NCBI GenBank assembly: GCA_902564345.1
Contig: CACFAY010000001.1
Span: 25,922 to 89,921 of the forward strand
Direction: 5' to 3'
Origin: an uncultured SAR324 cluster bacterium
GTDB taxonomy: Bacteria > SAR324 > NAC60-12
Length of the DNA: 64,000 nt
Below the pieces are notes generated by a model. That model saw nothing but the letters and a program-made list of their open reading frames with translations. It was not told the DNA's origin and ran no database searches. The position numbers and the translations under genes were made by a program. The stretch's first letter is position 1, and each line of letters begins with the position of its first letter. Below are positions 54,065-64,000 of this stretch, piece after piece.

Positions 54065-55882
54065 TCAGCCGACAGTTACTGATTTTGCTAAGTTTCTTGG
54101 CCTATCTATACTTCTTCCAAGGTCTAGAGCAGAATAATAAGCAAACATCTGCGCAATTATCATTTGCAAAAAGGGAGCAAACAAAGAACTTACGACTGGT
54201 AGTTTTATAGACTGGGAAGCAAGTTTTTTTGCAAATTCATCACCCTGAAAGATAATAGCAATAACATTTCCTCCTCTCGATTTAACCTGCTCCATGGCAA
54301 TAAGTGTGCGCTTGTGAAGATCTTTTTGTTCAGGGGGTGGCACAAAAAATAAGGTATGCAGTGTTTGGTCAACCATTGATAAAGTGCCATGCTTAAGAAA
54401 ACCCGCTGGCATTCCTTCAGCATGCTGATAAGTAACTTCCTTCATTTTTAAAGCAGATTCCATTGCAACCGGATAATAAACTCCACACCCAAGAAATAAC
54501 CAATGTTTAACATGACTAGTATCTCTAGCAATATTGCGGACAAAGCCAGACTGCTCATTGAGGACAATTTCTATAATTTTAGAAAATTCCTGCATCTCAC
54601 TCTGAATTTTTTTGTAATTATTTAGTTTTAGTTTTCTCTTAATTAGCCCCAACTCCAAGGCAATGCGCAGCATAATGAATGTTTGAGCTAATGCCGCCTT
54701 AGTTGAAACAACGCATATTTCAGGTCCCGACCCCTGCATTATTACCTGATCTACCATCATACTTATTGCTGAACCCATAACATTTACTATTGCTGCTGTT
54801 TTTGCACCATGTTCTTTGGCATATACTAAACTAGTTTTTGTATCATATGTTTCTCCTGATTGAGAAATTGCTAAAACCATATCTCCTCGTTTGATATCTA
54901 CTACAGAAAACTCATCAGAACTCAATGCAGAATAGTAACAACTAGCAATAGAAGAAAAATAGTATTGGCCGATGCTGGCAACATAATAGGTTGTACCCAC
55001 ACCCATCATATATGAACGTTTTGATTCAGCAAACATTTTAGCCATAGTGGCGATTTGGGACTTTGGTATCTGCATTGCCTGCCTAATAGTCTGTGGTTCA
55101 TCGAATATTTCCTTTAGCATATAATGAGAAAATCCACCCTTTTTACTGGTCTCTATGTCCCAATCAATATTCAAGATATCTTTCTTGATTTTTATACCAG
55201 TTTTCAAAGAGCGTATATCATACTTATTTGGACCCAAAATTACATACTCACCTTCATCTAGAACAATTGCCTTCCTAGTATATTCTAGAAATGCATTTAT
55301 ATCAGATCCTACATAATTACAATCTTCACCCAGCCCCAAAAGTAAAGGAGACTCTTTTTTCACACAGTACAAATGCTCCGGATCATGTGAAGAAAGCATT
55401 ACTATTGAAAAAGAACCTTCTATCTGATTAAGGGCTGCAAGGAATGCCTGTTCCAAATCATTACTATCAATATAAGATTTTTCTAAGAGATTAACAAAAA
55501 CCTCAGTATCAGTTAGTGAATTAAAACTAACACCTTCACTGAGCAATTCTTCCCTAAGTTTCTGGTAATTAGATATTATGCCGTTGTGAACCACTGCGAA
55601 CTTTCGATTTGCAGAAAGGTGAGGGTGAGCATTCTCCTGAGTAACTCCTCCGTGGGTTGCCCAGCGAGTGTGAGCAATACCAATTTTGCCCTGCATTTGA
55701 TCCAAACGTTCTTTAAGATTAACATCATCAATTCCGCCTATATTTTTTCGCAAATCTATCTTGCCTTTCTGTATCACAGCAACACCACAAGAATCATACC
55801 CTCGATATTCGAGATTTCTTATTGAATTAAGTAAATTCCTCCCAAAATTTTCTGTATGCACTATGCCACTAATACCACACAT
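54065..55882 (-). CDS. glmS: glutamine--fructose-6-phosphate aminotransferase
   Basis: MCGISGIV N-terminal nucleophile, two SIS domains, 605 aa. Confidence 0.95.
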   Translation of the reverse strand: MCGISGIVHTENFGRNLLNSIRNLEYRGYDSCGVAVIQKGKIDLRKNIGGIDDVNLKERLDQMQGKIGIAHTRWATHGGVTQENAHPHLSANRKFAVVHNGIISNYQKLREELLSEGVSFNSLTDTEVFVNLLEKSYIDSNDLEQAFLAALNQIEGSFSIVMLSSHDPEHLYCVKKESPLLLGLGEDCNYVGSDINAFLEYTRKAIVLDEGEYVILGPNKYDIRSLKTGIKIKKDILNIDWDIETSKKGGFSHYMLKEIFDEPQTIRQAMQIPKSQIATMAKMFAESKRSYMMGVGTTYYVASIGQYYFSSIASCYYSALSSDEFSVVDIKRGDMVLAISQSGETYDTKTSLVYAKEHGAKTAAIVNVMGSAISMMVDQVIMQGSGPEICVVSTKAALAQTFIMLRIALELGLIKRKLKLNNYKKIQSEMQEFSKIIEIVLNEQSGFVRNIARDTSHVKHWLFLGCGVYYPVAMESALKMKEVTYQHAEGMPAGFLKHGTLSMVDQTLHTLFFVPPPEQKDLHKRTLIAMEQVKSRGGNVIAIIFQGDEFAKKLASQSIKLPVVSSLFAPFLQMIIAQMFAYYSALDLGRSIDRPRNLAKSVTVG

Positions 55883-56001
55883 AACCGTTAGTTAAAAAAA
55901 TGTTGTTCACTTGAATTCATGGATGAATGCGGAAATTTTTTTGAAAATTGTTTAATTACTCAAACTACCAATATGATTTTAAAAATTAACTGATCAAGAT
56001 T

Positions 56002-57192
56002 TCAAAGTGTCGAACTGTCAGCTACTTTACTTCCACTCTTCAATATTGAACCTGGACCGGTTACGTGCCTTACACCAATTTTTACGTTATCTCCAAAGAA
56101 TGCGCCTAATTTTATCAATCCAGTTTCAACAGCACCATTAGCTGTTTTGCAAATCACAGGAGTATATTCAGCTGTATGGTTAATAGTTGTAAAACCAGAC
56201 CCTGTAGTTGTATTTTCTCCAACAACACTATCTCCAACAAAAGATAACCGCCCAATATCATTTGAACCAAAAAGCACACAGTTTTTTAACTCTGAGCCAT
56301 AACCAACTGTAGAGTTTGGGCCAACAGCACTGTAGTTACGAATAAGTGAATTGTTCCCGATATAAGAATTTTCCCCAATATAACAAGGCCCCTTGAGCAC
56401 TGTTCCTGTTTCAATAGTTACATTTCTTCCAATCCTTACTGCACCTTCAAGATAAACATGCCCCAATAATTTTGCAGTACTGTCTATGTTTGCTGTTTGC
56501 CATGAATTCATTAACATTTGGTTTGCAACTAAAATATGCCAAGGATGAATCATATCAATCCACCCTTTTTCCCATAAACATGCCTGAAGACCACCAGTTC
56601 CGATAATATGCTCATAGCATAAGGAAATATCATTCTTGAACATTTTCAACAGCTCAAAGATGTTTGGAGATAAAACAAATATTCCTGCAAAAACATAATT
56701 TGATTGAACACCTGAAGGCTTTTCAATCAATCGACTGATTTTCATTTCATGATCAAGGTAGACATTCCCAAATTCGTTAGAAGACTCCGGTAGCGCTACC
56801 ATTGCAACTTCCTTATTAGTTTCGGTGTATGTTTGCAAAATAGATGAATAAGGATTTTCATCAGTAAGTACATCCCCATAGGTAAGCAAAAATGGTTTTT
56901 TATCTAAAGATGACTGGCATAGATTCAGAGCATGGCCTATTCCTAGAAGCTCATTCTGAACAATATATTCTATGTTTACACCATATTTCTGACCACTTTC
57001 AAACACATTTCGAATTAGATCCTGCTTATGATTAACAACAAGAACAATATCATTAATTCCTGCTGTTTTTAAAAAACATATAGTGTTTTCAAGAATATAT
57101 TGACCTGCTATATGAATCATAGGTTTACATCGAGTTTCAATAAAAGGGCTAAGCCTTGTACTGCGATTAGCTGCAAGTATGACTGCTTTCAT
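56002..57192 (-). CDS. bifunctional sugar-1-phosphate nucleotidyltransferase / LbH acyltransferase (GlmU-like, archaeal/ST0452-type architecture)
   Basis: N-terminal NTP-transferase fold (KAVILAANRSTRLSP...KPM) and C-terminal hexapeptide repeats (...IGENSYIGNNSLIRNYSAVGPNSTVGYGSEL...), 396 aa. Confidence 0.65.
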   Translation of the reverse strand: MKAVILAANRSTRLSPFIETRCKPMIHIAGQYILENTICFLKTAGINDIVLVVNHKQDLIRNVFESGQKYGVNIEYIVQNELLGIGHALNLCQSSLDKKPFLLTYGDVLTDENPYSSILQTYTETNKEVAMVALPESSNEFGNVYLDHEMKISRLIEKPSGVQSNYVFAGIFVLSPNIFELLKMFKNDISLCYEHIIGTGGLQACLWEKGWIDMIHPWHILVANQMLMNSWQTANIDSTAKLLGHVYLEGAVRIGRNVTIETGTVLKGPCYIGENSYIGNNSLIRNYSAVGPNSTVGYGSELKNCVLFGSNDIGRLSFVGDSVVGENTTTGSGFTTINHTAEYTPVICKTANGAVETGLIKLGAFFGDNVKIGVRHVTGPGSILKSGSKVADSSTL

Positions 57193-57244
57193 GTGATTTC
57201 TGTATTTATAATTGCAAAATTAAAAAAATTTTAAGCTCCTATTG

Positions 57245-57928
57245 TTATGTATAAACCTTTGAACTATCTACACACTCGAACAAATACTGCATGACTTCTT
57301 CAATATTCATGTTTCCAGTATCTATAATTATAGCATCTTTAGCAGCCTTCAATGGAGCTACGTTTCTATTTTTATCCTGATGGTCTCGTTCAAGAATTGC
57401 TGTTAATATTTCCTGAAAATCAAAATCACCATTCTGTTTAAGTAACTGCAAATACCTGCGCTTAGCACGAATTTGAGGAGAGGCATCTATATAAAATTTA
57501 AGATCTGCAGATGGAAAAATAACTGTACCTATATCACGGCCTTCCAATACTGCCCCTTTATAATTTCCAGCTTCAGATTCTTCTTTCACCAAAGATCTTT
57601 GCTTATTTTTCATTATTTCACGTATGGAAGGATAAACGCTAATTCTGGAAGCAAGTGATGAAATATCCTCCGACCTAATTTCATCACTAACATCAAATCC
57701 ATCACAAATTATTTTCTCATCTTCAAAAGATATCCTCGTCTGTTCGCCTAGTTCTTGCAGAGCAAGATCACTTTCAGGACAACCCTTTCTCCCCCAACAA
57801 AGTGCCAGGCAGCGAAACATTGCTCCAGTATCGACATAAACTGAACTTAGTTCAGTAGATAGCTTTCTGGCAATTGTACTTTTACCCACTCCTGAAGGGC
57901 CGTCAATAGCAATAATTATAAAACCCAT
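57245..57928 (-). CDS. cmk: cytidylate kinase
   Basis: IIAIDGPSGVGKST P-loop, 227 aa. Confidence 0.9.
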   Translation of the reverse strand: MGFIIIAIDGPSGVGKSTIARKLSTELSSVYVDTGAMFRCLALCWGRKGCPESDLALQELGEQTRISFEDEKIICDGFDVSDEIRSEDISSLASRISVYPSIREIMKNKQRSLVKEESEAGNYKGAVLEGRDIGTVIFPSADLKFYIDASPQIRAKRRYLQLLKQNGDFDFQEILTAILERDHQDKNRNVAPLKAAKDAIIIDTGNMNIEEVMQYLFECVDSSKVYT

Positions 57929-57981
57929 AAAATAAATGTTTCACGTGAAACAACCTTTTTTAATTATTTTTTTTCTTTATT

Positions 57982-60651
57982 TTACATCAAATTACCAAGC
58001 AAGGCTTGAACTTCTTTCAGTTGGTCACTATCTTCAAAATTATTGAGCATTTTACGATAAATTGCCTTAGCTTCTTTATTGCGATTCAACTTCACATAAC
58101 TTGACGCTATTCTTAAATTTAGATCATACATTTGCTGATTCGACAAGCTTTGGTCTAAATAAAGAACCTTAAGACTGGCTGCCAAAGCCTTACTGTGTTC
58201 AGCAAGTTTGAATAGTGCAAATCCTTTTTCTCTAAGAATGCGCAACTGCCATTTCTTGCGGCCATTTTCAACAGTTTCCATCGATTTCAATGCGAGGTTT
58301 AACCAGCGTTCTGCCTGCTCATATTCTTCTAAATCGTTATAGATTTCCCCTACAAGAACAATCTGTTCAACCCTTTGATCAGGAGAAAGATCCTCTAGAC
58401 GTACAGATTTTTCATAATTATCCACAAGTTGTTTTAAATAGGGTTTGGCCTTTTTCAAATGTTTTCTTTCAAGAAAAAAATCGCCTAGCAAATGCAGTAT
58501 CTCTGTAGCGTAAATGTCATCTTTATCCTCATCCAGTAATTTCTTGGCTCCTTGCTCTGACTCATCAATTCTACCCAACTCAAAATTGATTTTCAGAATT
58601 CTGTAATTGATAAAGCGGCTTTTATTTTTTGGAGGATTTTTTAATGCTAAACGAAAAACCGTAAATGCCTGATCATATTTCTTCATTTCAAATAGAGCCT
58701 CTGCTTGGTGAAAGAAGAAAAATCCTTGGTCTTCAGTTATAGAAATTCCCAATCCAAGACCGGTAACACCAATAATACGGCGTGGATCATTAATGTACTT
58801 CAATACTTCAATTCTCAACTTTATCAGGGAAAAGTCTGTATACATTTTTATTGATCTCCTGAGTACATTATCAGCTTGTTCATATCTTCTCAGTGCCATA
58901 AGAACCTGAACTCTAAGATCTATGACTCTAACCGGATTTTTTAATGGATCAAATGTGTGTTCGAGTTCATTTAATATTTCAAGTGCTGCATTGTATTGCT
59001 TTTGCTTAAAAGTAGCTTGAGACTGTAAATATAGACCTTCTTCTAAAAATGGCGATTCTGGATACAATTTTTTCAAATTTAAAAGAGACATGTTTACTGC
59101 AGCCCATTTCTGTTGGTTATGATTTACTTTTGCTAGCAAGAAAAGACGATCATCAGCCCTTTTACCATTTATGTCAACTTGACGCATTGCCATAATTGTT
59201 TGCATTGAATTATTTTCTATTTCATACTGCAACACACCATACCAAAAATAATAGTCAGAAAGACGATCTGAATCAGGATAACTTTCGAGTAACTGCTTTA
59301 CCAAAATAAATCCATTCTGGTAATTTGATGAAACTAGTTCAATTACTGCGCTTAAATAAAGGCTTTCTTCATTTACAATCGAAGCCTGATTCACATCTAA
59401 CTTCAACGAATTTTTGCTTGGTGATTCAAGAAATGATTTGGATTTTTCTAACTTTTTCAAGCGTAGATAGAGGTAAGCATAAATCAATTCTACTTCATCC
59501 TGCCAGGATTGCCAAAAAATGCTTATTGAGTTGAGTTGTGTCTCCAATTTTAGCAAAAAATTGAATTCATCAACTTTAATGGCATGATGCATTAAAGCCC
59601 TCAAAGCTTGAGTCCTAAGAATATGATCCTCTATTCTAGTCCAGTCTTCCCACGCCTGTTCAATTTGTTTTGTATGCAAGTTAAGTTTTAAATAAGCTTT
59701 AGCAAGTTTATCAGTACTTTGTACACCAAGTTTTTCCAAAGAACTAATTAATTTTTTTGCTTTACTCCATTGTTTGAGGTTTAAATGAGCATCTAGACCA
59801 AGCCAAAGAAAATGCTCCATTTTTGAATTGTTATAAAATTTAGTATTTTTTGAATGATTAGCGACTAAACTTGTCAATTTCCGCCAATTTTTCTGTGAAT
59901 AATAAAACTCACCTAAAAGTAATATATGTTCGAAATCATTTGGAAAATCCTTTATTAATTTCTCTAGAACAATCAGCGTCTCCTCATTTTTATTTAATTT
60001 AACATTCGCCAAATATCTTAAATAAAGTAGTTCACTGCGAATTTTTTCACTATCAACAAAATCTTCAAATTTATTAATATTATCAATTACTTTATCGTAT
60101 TTATGCTCCTTGAAATCCAACCAGACAAGTGTGTACCTGCTAAAATCTTGAAAGTCAATATACTGTTCAGAGTGATTTCTTTGTTTTAGGGAATTCAAAA
60201 AAATATTCAATGATTTTGCAGATTGAGCATATTTTTGACGCTGTGCTAAGATTTGCCCCTTCCAAAACGTAGATGGAAAAAACCAATCAGTTTCAGGATA
60301 CTCCTCTATAACAGTTTGAAATCTCATTAATGCGAGGGTCAAATTTCCTCGAAATAACTGTACTATGCCTTCCTTGTAATATTTACCCGACCTATCCAAC
60401 CAACCCAGTTCATCAGGAATAAATCGCGAACTGTACCAGTCTGGCAATTCAGGAATGATGGCTTTTGATACTGAAACTAGAGAAAAAATGGGAAGGCCTG
60501 GTAATCTAAGTACAGGAACAGGAAGAGAATATGAACCTAATCTAGTATTTACTAAGGTTAAATTTTTGGAGCTTTTAGCTAATAAGATTGAACCAAGGCT
60601 AAATAGTAAAAAGGAAATTAACAGGAGTATAAAAAATGTTTTATGTTTCAT
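57982..60651 (-). CDS. large secreted TPR-repeat protein (889 aa)
   Basis: Signal peptide (FFILLLISFLLFSLGSILLA) and many 34-residue W/LG/Y/A/F/A/P-type repeats throughout. Confidence 0.75.
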   Translation of the reverse strand: MKHKTFFILLLISFLLFSLGSILLAKSSKNLTLVNTRLGSYSLPVPVLRLPGLPIFSLVSVSKAIIPELPDWYSSRFIPDELGWLDRSGKYYKEGIVQLFRGNLTLALMRFQTVIEEYPETDWFFPSTFWKGQILAQRQKYAQSAKSLNIFLNSLKQRNHSEQYIDFQDFSRYTLVWLDFKEHKYDKVIDNINKFEDFVDSEKIRSELLYLRYLANVKLNKNEETLIVLEKLIKDFPNDFEHILLLGEFYYSQKNWRKLTSLVANHSKNTKFYNNSKMEHFLWLGLDAHLNLKQWSKAKKLISSLEKLGVQSTDKLAKAYLKLNLHTKQIEQAWEDWTRIEDHILRTQALRALMHHAIKVDEFNFLLKLETQLNSISIFWQSWQDEVELIYAYLYLRLKKLEKSKSFLESPSKNSLKLDVNQASIVNEESLYLSAVIELVSSNYQNGFILVKQLLESYPDSDRLSDYYFWYGVLQYEIENNSMQTIMAMRQVDINGKRADDRLFLLAKVNHNQQKWAAVNMSLLNLKKLYPESPFLEEGLYLQSQATFKQKQYNAALEILNELEHTFDPLKNPVRVIDLRVQVLMALRRYEQADNVLRRSIKMYTDFSLIKLRIEVLKYINDPRRIIGVTGLGLGISITEDQGFFFFHQAEALFEMKKYDQAFTVFRLALKNPPKNKSRFINYRILKINFELGRIDESEQGAKKLLDEDKDDIYATEILHLLGDFFLERKHLKKAKPYLKQLVDNYEKSVRLEDLSPDQRVEQIVLVGEIYNDLEEYEQAERWLNLALKSMETVENGRKKWQLRILREKGFALFKLAEHSKALAASLKVLYLDQSLSNQQMYDLNLRIASSYVKLNRNKEAKAIYRKMLNNFEDSDQLKEVQALLGNLM

Positions 60652-60680
60652 ATGATTAAAATTTGAACAAAAAACAAAAT

Positions 60681-61808
60681 CTAGTTTAATTTACTGTTTT
60701 GATTTTTTTGCTGAATATTTTCTCTGGAGTTAATTAATCCGCTTTGGAACTGCAAAAGTTCTTCTGCAGCACTATTCAGATTTTCAGCAGAAAGTTTCAG
60801 AGCGTATTCATTCATACGCATTGCATACTGATAACGGGGATCATAGTATTCCTCAAGAAGTACATGTACTATTTTTTCAAAATCACCTTTTTTAAGCCAC
60901 TGACGTAAAAGTTCAGATTTTTTCTTACCTATTACCTGTTGCATTGATTGCAATATTGAATCAGTTTGCAGGAAAGTATGATCATCACTAATTTTATATT
61001 CTTCTACAATTCGTCTTATCCTTGTGTCAATCGATGCCTGCAGCAAGACAAGAGTTCCGTATTTCATAGCTTCCGCAATTGCCTGTGGGATAAATACTTT
61101 TCCCACTTTTCTGCTCTCTCCCTCAATGAAAACATGTTTTTTATTTGAAAGTTCTAAAATGTTTTTAACAAGCACTGCTTCAAAATTTTTTTGTGTCTGA
61201 GGAATTTTATTTATTGCTCCAAACAACGAACTCCTATGCCCCGCAAATTCTTCTAAGTCCAAATGATCTGGAAGCTTTTTCAGCAATAAGGTCTTTCCAA
61301 CCCCTGTTTGGCCATGAAGTACAATCAATGGAGGAACAGGCCCCTTAAGCTTTTCAAGTACATAACTTCGATATTCTTTATAACCACCCTGTAGTTGAAC
61401 CGCCTGAAAACCATTATGCTGTAGAAGTTTAACTACAGAAGCTGATCTCATTCCACCACGTGCACAAAAGACAACAAGATGCTTAGTTTTTAAATTTACA
61501 ATAGAAGAAAGGAATTTTTCAATTCTCGGTGTAAAAAACTCTAGTCCTTTTTCAAACGCAGCTTTTTTACCGATCCTTTTATAAATTACTCCAATCTCAG
61601 CCCGTTCTAAATTATCAAACAATGGATAATTGAGTGCTTCTGGAATGCTGCCTTTTTCGTATTCAAGTTTTGTTCGTACATCAATCAGAATGTTTTTTTT
61701 GCAAAGAGCCTCATTAACAGAGACATCATCAAGCACGCCATTGAAAAAAGATTCTATCTTTCCCAAAAAATGTTTTGGATGGACCGAATTTGAATGTGAA
61801 CTATTCAT
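60681..61808 (-). CDS. mnmH: tRNA 2-selenouridine synthase (rhodanese + P-loop)
   Basis: N-terminal rhodanese domain with VVFCARGGMRSAS active-site loop; P-loop GQTGVGKT; 375 aa. The start codon shares a nucleotide with the recA stop. Confidence 0.7.
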   Translation of the reverse strand: MNSSHSNSVHPKHFLGKIESFFNGVLDDVSVNEALCKKNILIDVRTKLEYEKGSIPEALNYPLFDNLERAEIGVIYKRIGKKAAFEKGLEFFTPRIEKFLSSIVNLKTKHLVVFCARGGMRSASVVKLLQHNGFQAVQLQGGYKEYRSYVLEKLKGPVPPLIVLHGQTGVGKTLLLKKLPDHLDLEEFAGHRSSLFGAINKIPQTQKNFEAVLVKNILELSNKKHVFIEGESRKVGKVFIPQAIAEAMKYGTLVLLQASIDTRIRRIVEEYKISDDHTFLQTDSILQSMQQVIGKKKSELLRQWLKKGDFEKIVHVLLEEYYDPRYQYAMRMNEYALKLSAENLNSAAEELLQFQSGLINSRENIQQKNQNSKLN

Positions 61809-62842
61809 TAGACAACATTAGATTCAGACGATTTTTCTGTATCTTCATCAGAGTCAAGTTTGTTAATTTTTCGAACTTCTAAGTTTATGGCTTCCGCAAT
61901 TTCTAGATTTTCCTCCAGAAACTTGATTGAGTTGTCTCTTCCCTGACCAAGGCGTTCATTATTGTAGGAAAACCATGTGCCGCTTTTCTGAACAATATCT
62001 TCATTCAGCGCCAAATCTATTAATACACCCATCCTAGAAATTCCCATTCCGTAAATCAAATCAACCTCGGCCGTTCTAAATGGTGGTGCCAATTTATTTT
62101 TTGCAACTTTAATTTTCATACGGTGCCCTCTCACCTCATCACCACTCTTAATCTGGCTAGCTCGTCTAACATCCAGACGAACACTTGAATAAAATTTGAG
62201 AGCATTACCTCCAGTAGTTGTCTCAGGATTTCCGAACACAACTCCAATTTTTGATCTAAGTTGGTTTATAAAGATGAAAATAGTATTTGACTTTGAAGCA
62301 ACACCAGACAATTTACGTAATGCTTGTGACATCAAACGAGCATGCAAGCCCATGTGCGAATCTCCCATATCACCCTCAAGTTCATTTTTAGGAACCAGCG
62401 CCGCAACTGAGTCAACTACAACAATATCCACTTTTCCTACTCTTACAAGCTGCTCTGCTATTTCAAGACCCTGTTCACCATAATCCGGCTGAGATAGCAA
62501 AAGGTTTTCGACCTGTACACCTAATGTTTTGGCATTATTTTGATCAAAAGCGTGTTCTGCATCAACAAATGCTGCTATACCTCCTTGTTTTTGGACTTCT
62601 GCAATTGCGCACAGTGCTAATGTGGTTTTACCGGAAGCTTCTGGTCCATAGATTTCAATAATTCTACCCCTAGGTAAACCGCCGATTCCAAGTGCAATAT
62701 CTAAGGCTAAATTTCCCGTACTAACTACAGGATATTGCCCTACAGAGGACCCATCCATTTTCATGATTGCACCTTTTCCAAACTGACGTTCAATTTGCTG
62801 TATTGCCGCCTCTAAATCTTTTTGCCTTTCTTCAGTAATCAT
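61808..62842 (-). CDS. recA: recombinase RecA
   Basis: [19 protein letters not shown] Walker A, L1/L2 loop regions, 344 aa. Confidence 0.97.
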   Translation of the reverse strand: MITEERQKDLEAAIQQIERQFGKGAIMKMDGSSVGQYPVVSTGNLALDIALGIGGLPRGRIIEIYGPEASGKTTLALCAIAEVQKQGGIAAFVDAEHAFDQNNAKTLGVQVENLLLSQPDYGEQGLEIAEQLVRVGKVDIVVVDSVAALVPKNELEGDMGDSHMGLHARLMSQALRKLSGVASKSNTIFIFINQLRSKIGVVFGNPETTTGGNALKFYSSVRLDVRRASQIKSGDEVRGHRMKIKVAKNKLAPPFRTAEVDLIYGMGISRMGVLIDLALNEDIVQKSGTWFSYNNERLGQGRDNSIKFLEENLEIAEAINLEVRKINKLDSDEDTEKSSESNVV

Positions 62843-63230
62843 AATTCCTCCTTGAAAAGATATTTTTAACTACTTAAATCTCATATTTTAAATATTTGGA
62901 ATTTAATGAATTTTATCGTTTTTTGTCCATTAATTATAGTTAATTCAAAAAATGTATTAAAGTAGATCCCATTTTTATGAAAAGATTTTTTTGATTGAAT
63001 AATTTTAATGATCAAAATAATAATCTGACTCAATTATAGTAGCAATGTTATATTCAATATCATTAGTATATGTTAAAAAGCACCAATCAGCCAAATGAAG
63101 ATTTCTAAAGATGAAATACTACTTCACTCATTAATCAGAGGCAGTTATAAACCAAAGGTAACTTGAACCTTAAGGAAATATTGAATACTATTATAATGTT
63201 TTTTTTCACTATTATTTAAATTTTCAAATG

Positions 63231-64000
63231 GAAAAAGTACTTGTTACTGGTGGTGCTGGTTTTGTAGGTTCATTTCTTTGCGATAGACTGATTAAAGAAG
63301 GACATGAAGTTATTGCTGTAGACAACTTCTTTACCGGTAAAAAATTAAATGTGAAACATTTGCAGGATAATTCCAATTTTGAACTTATCCGTCATGATAT
63401 AGTGCAACCTCTTGTAGTAGAAGTTGACTGGATATTTAATTTGGCCTGCCCAGCTTCCCCGGTTCATTATCAATATAATCCAGTAAAAACTGTCAAAACC
63501 AGTGTTATCGGAACTCTTAACATGCTTGGTTTAGCTAAGAGAGTTAAGGCCCGCATTTTACAGGCATCAACTTCTGAAGTTTACGGTGATCCTCAAGTAC
63601 ATCCGCAACCTGAAAGTTATCCTGGATACGTTAATCCCATAGGATTACGCAGTTGTTATGATGAAGGCAAGCGTGTAGCCGAAACTTTGATGATGGATTA
63701 TCACAGGCAAAGTCAGACTGATATAAAAATTGTAAGAATATTTAACACTTACGGACCAAGAATGAACTCTGATGATGGGAGGGTTGTAAGCAACTTCATT
63801 GTTGCAGCACTAAAAGGTGAACCTATAGTCATTCATGGAGAAGGAAAACAAACACGAAGCTTTTGTTATGTAACAGAATTAGTGGATGTTTTGTACCGTA
63901 TGATGAAATCAGAAAATTTTACAGGCCCAGTAAATACAGGTAATCCAGTTGAATTCACGATTATTGAGTTGGCTGAAAAAGTTCTAAAAATGACAAATTC
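63231..64000 (+). CDS. UDP-glucuronate decarboxylase (UDP-xylose synthase), 3' end beyond window
   Basis: [18 protein letters not shown] Rossmann motif, YDEGKR catalytic motif, and extensive UXS-type extended-SDR similarity. ugd is present about 31 kb upstream. Confidence 0.85.

Overview
Low-GC (about 36-38%) bacterial chromosomal segment. It looks Gram-negative: LPS/KDO/heptose genes, DsbD, LpxL-like acyltransferase and TatC are present. Gene density is high and housekeeping genes dominate: a split ATP synthase operon atpF'-F-H-A-G-D-C without atpB/E, glpK, ispF, lepA, recA, ilvC, glmS, cmk, rlmE, gpmI, ugd, a kpsF-dapD block, a UDP-xylose synthase fragment, dsbD and gmhB. I found no transposase, integrase, phage gene, CRISPR array, rRNA or tRNA. 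The following stood out. (1) A minus-strand lepA-PfaD-like enoyl reductase-orphan ParA ATPase-257 aa unknown protein string with no PKS partner and no ParB. (2) A periplasmic cyclophilin-parvulin double PPIase fusion. (3) An xdhAB operon translationally coupled to a tandem-NBD ABC ATPase with no permease, while xdhC lies about 33 kb away. (4) A glmS-phosphohexomutase (C-terminally extended)-archaeal-type NT/LbH module for UDP-GlcNAc. (5) A flagellar island with a 536 aa flagellin behind a textbook sigma-28 promoter, atypical MotA/MotB-like stator proteins and a 500 bp AT-rich divergent control region. (6) mnmH (tRNA 2-selenouridine synthase) overlapping recA. (7) A perfect 30-nt tandem duplication abutting the dsbD start codon. 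(8) Several unannotatable small-protein clusters (4.5-6.0 kb, 7.4-7.9 kb, 17.4-19.6 kb). Taxon is not assigned. All calls rest on reading the supplied translations for family motifs; no database search was possible.
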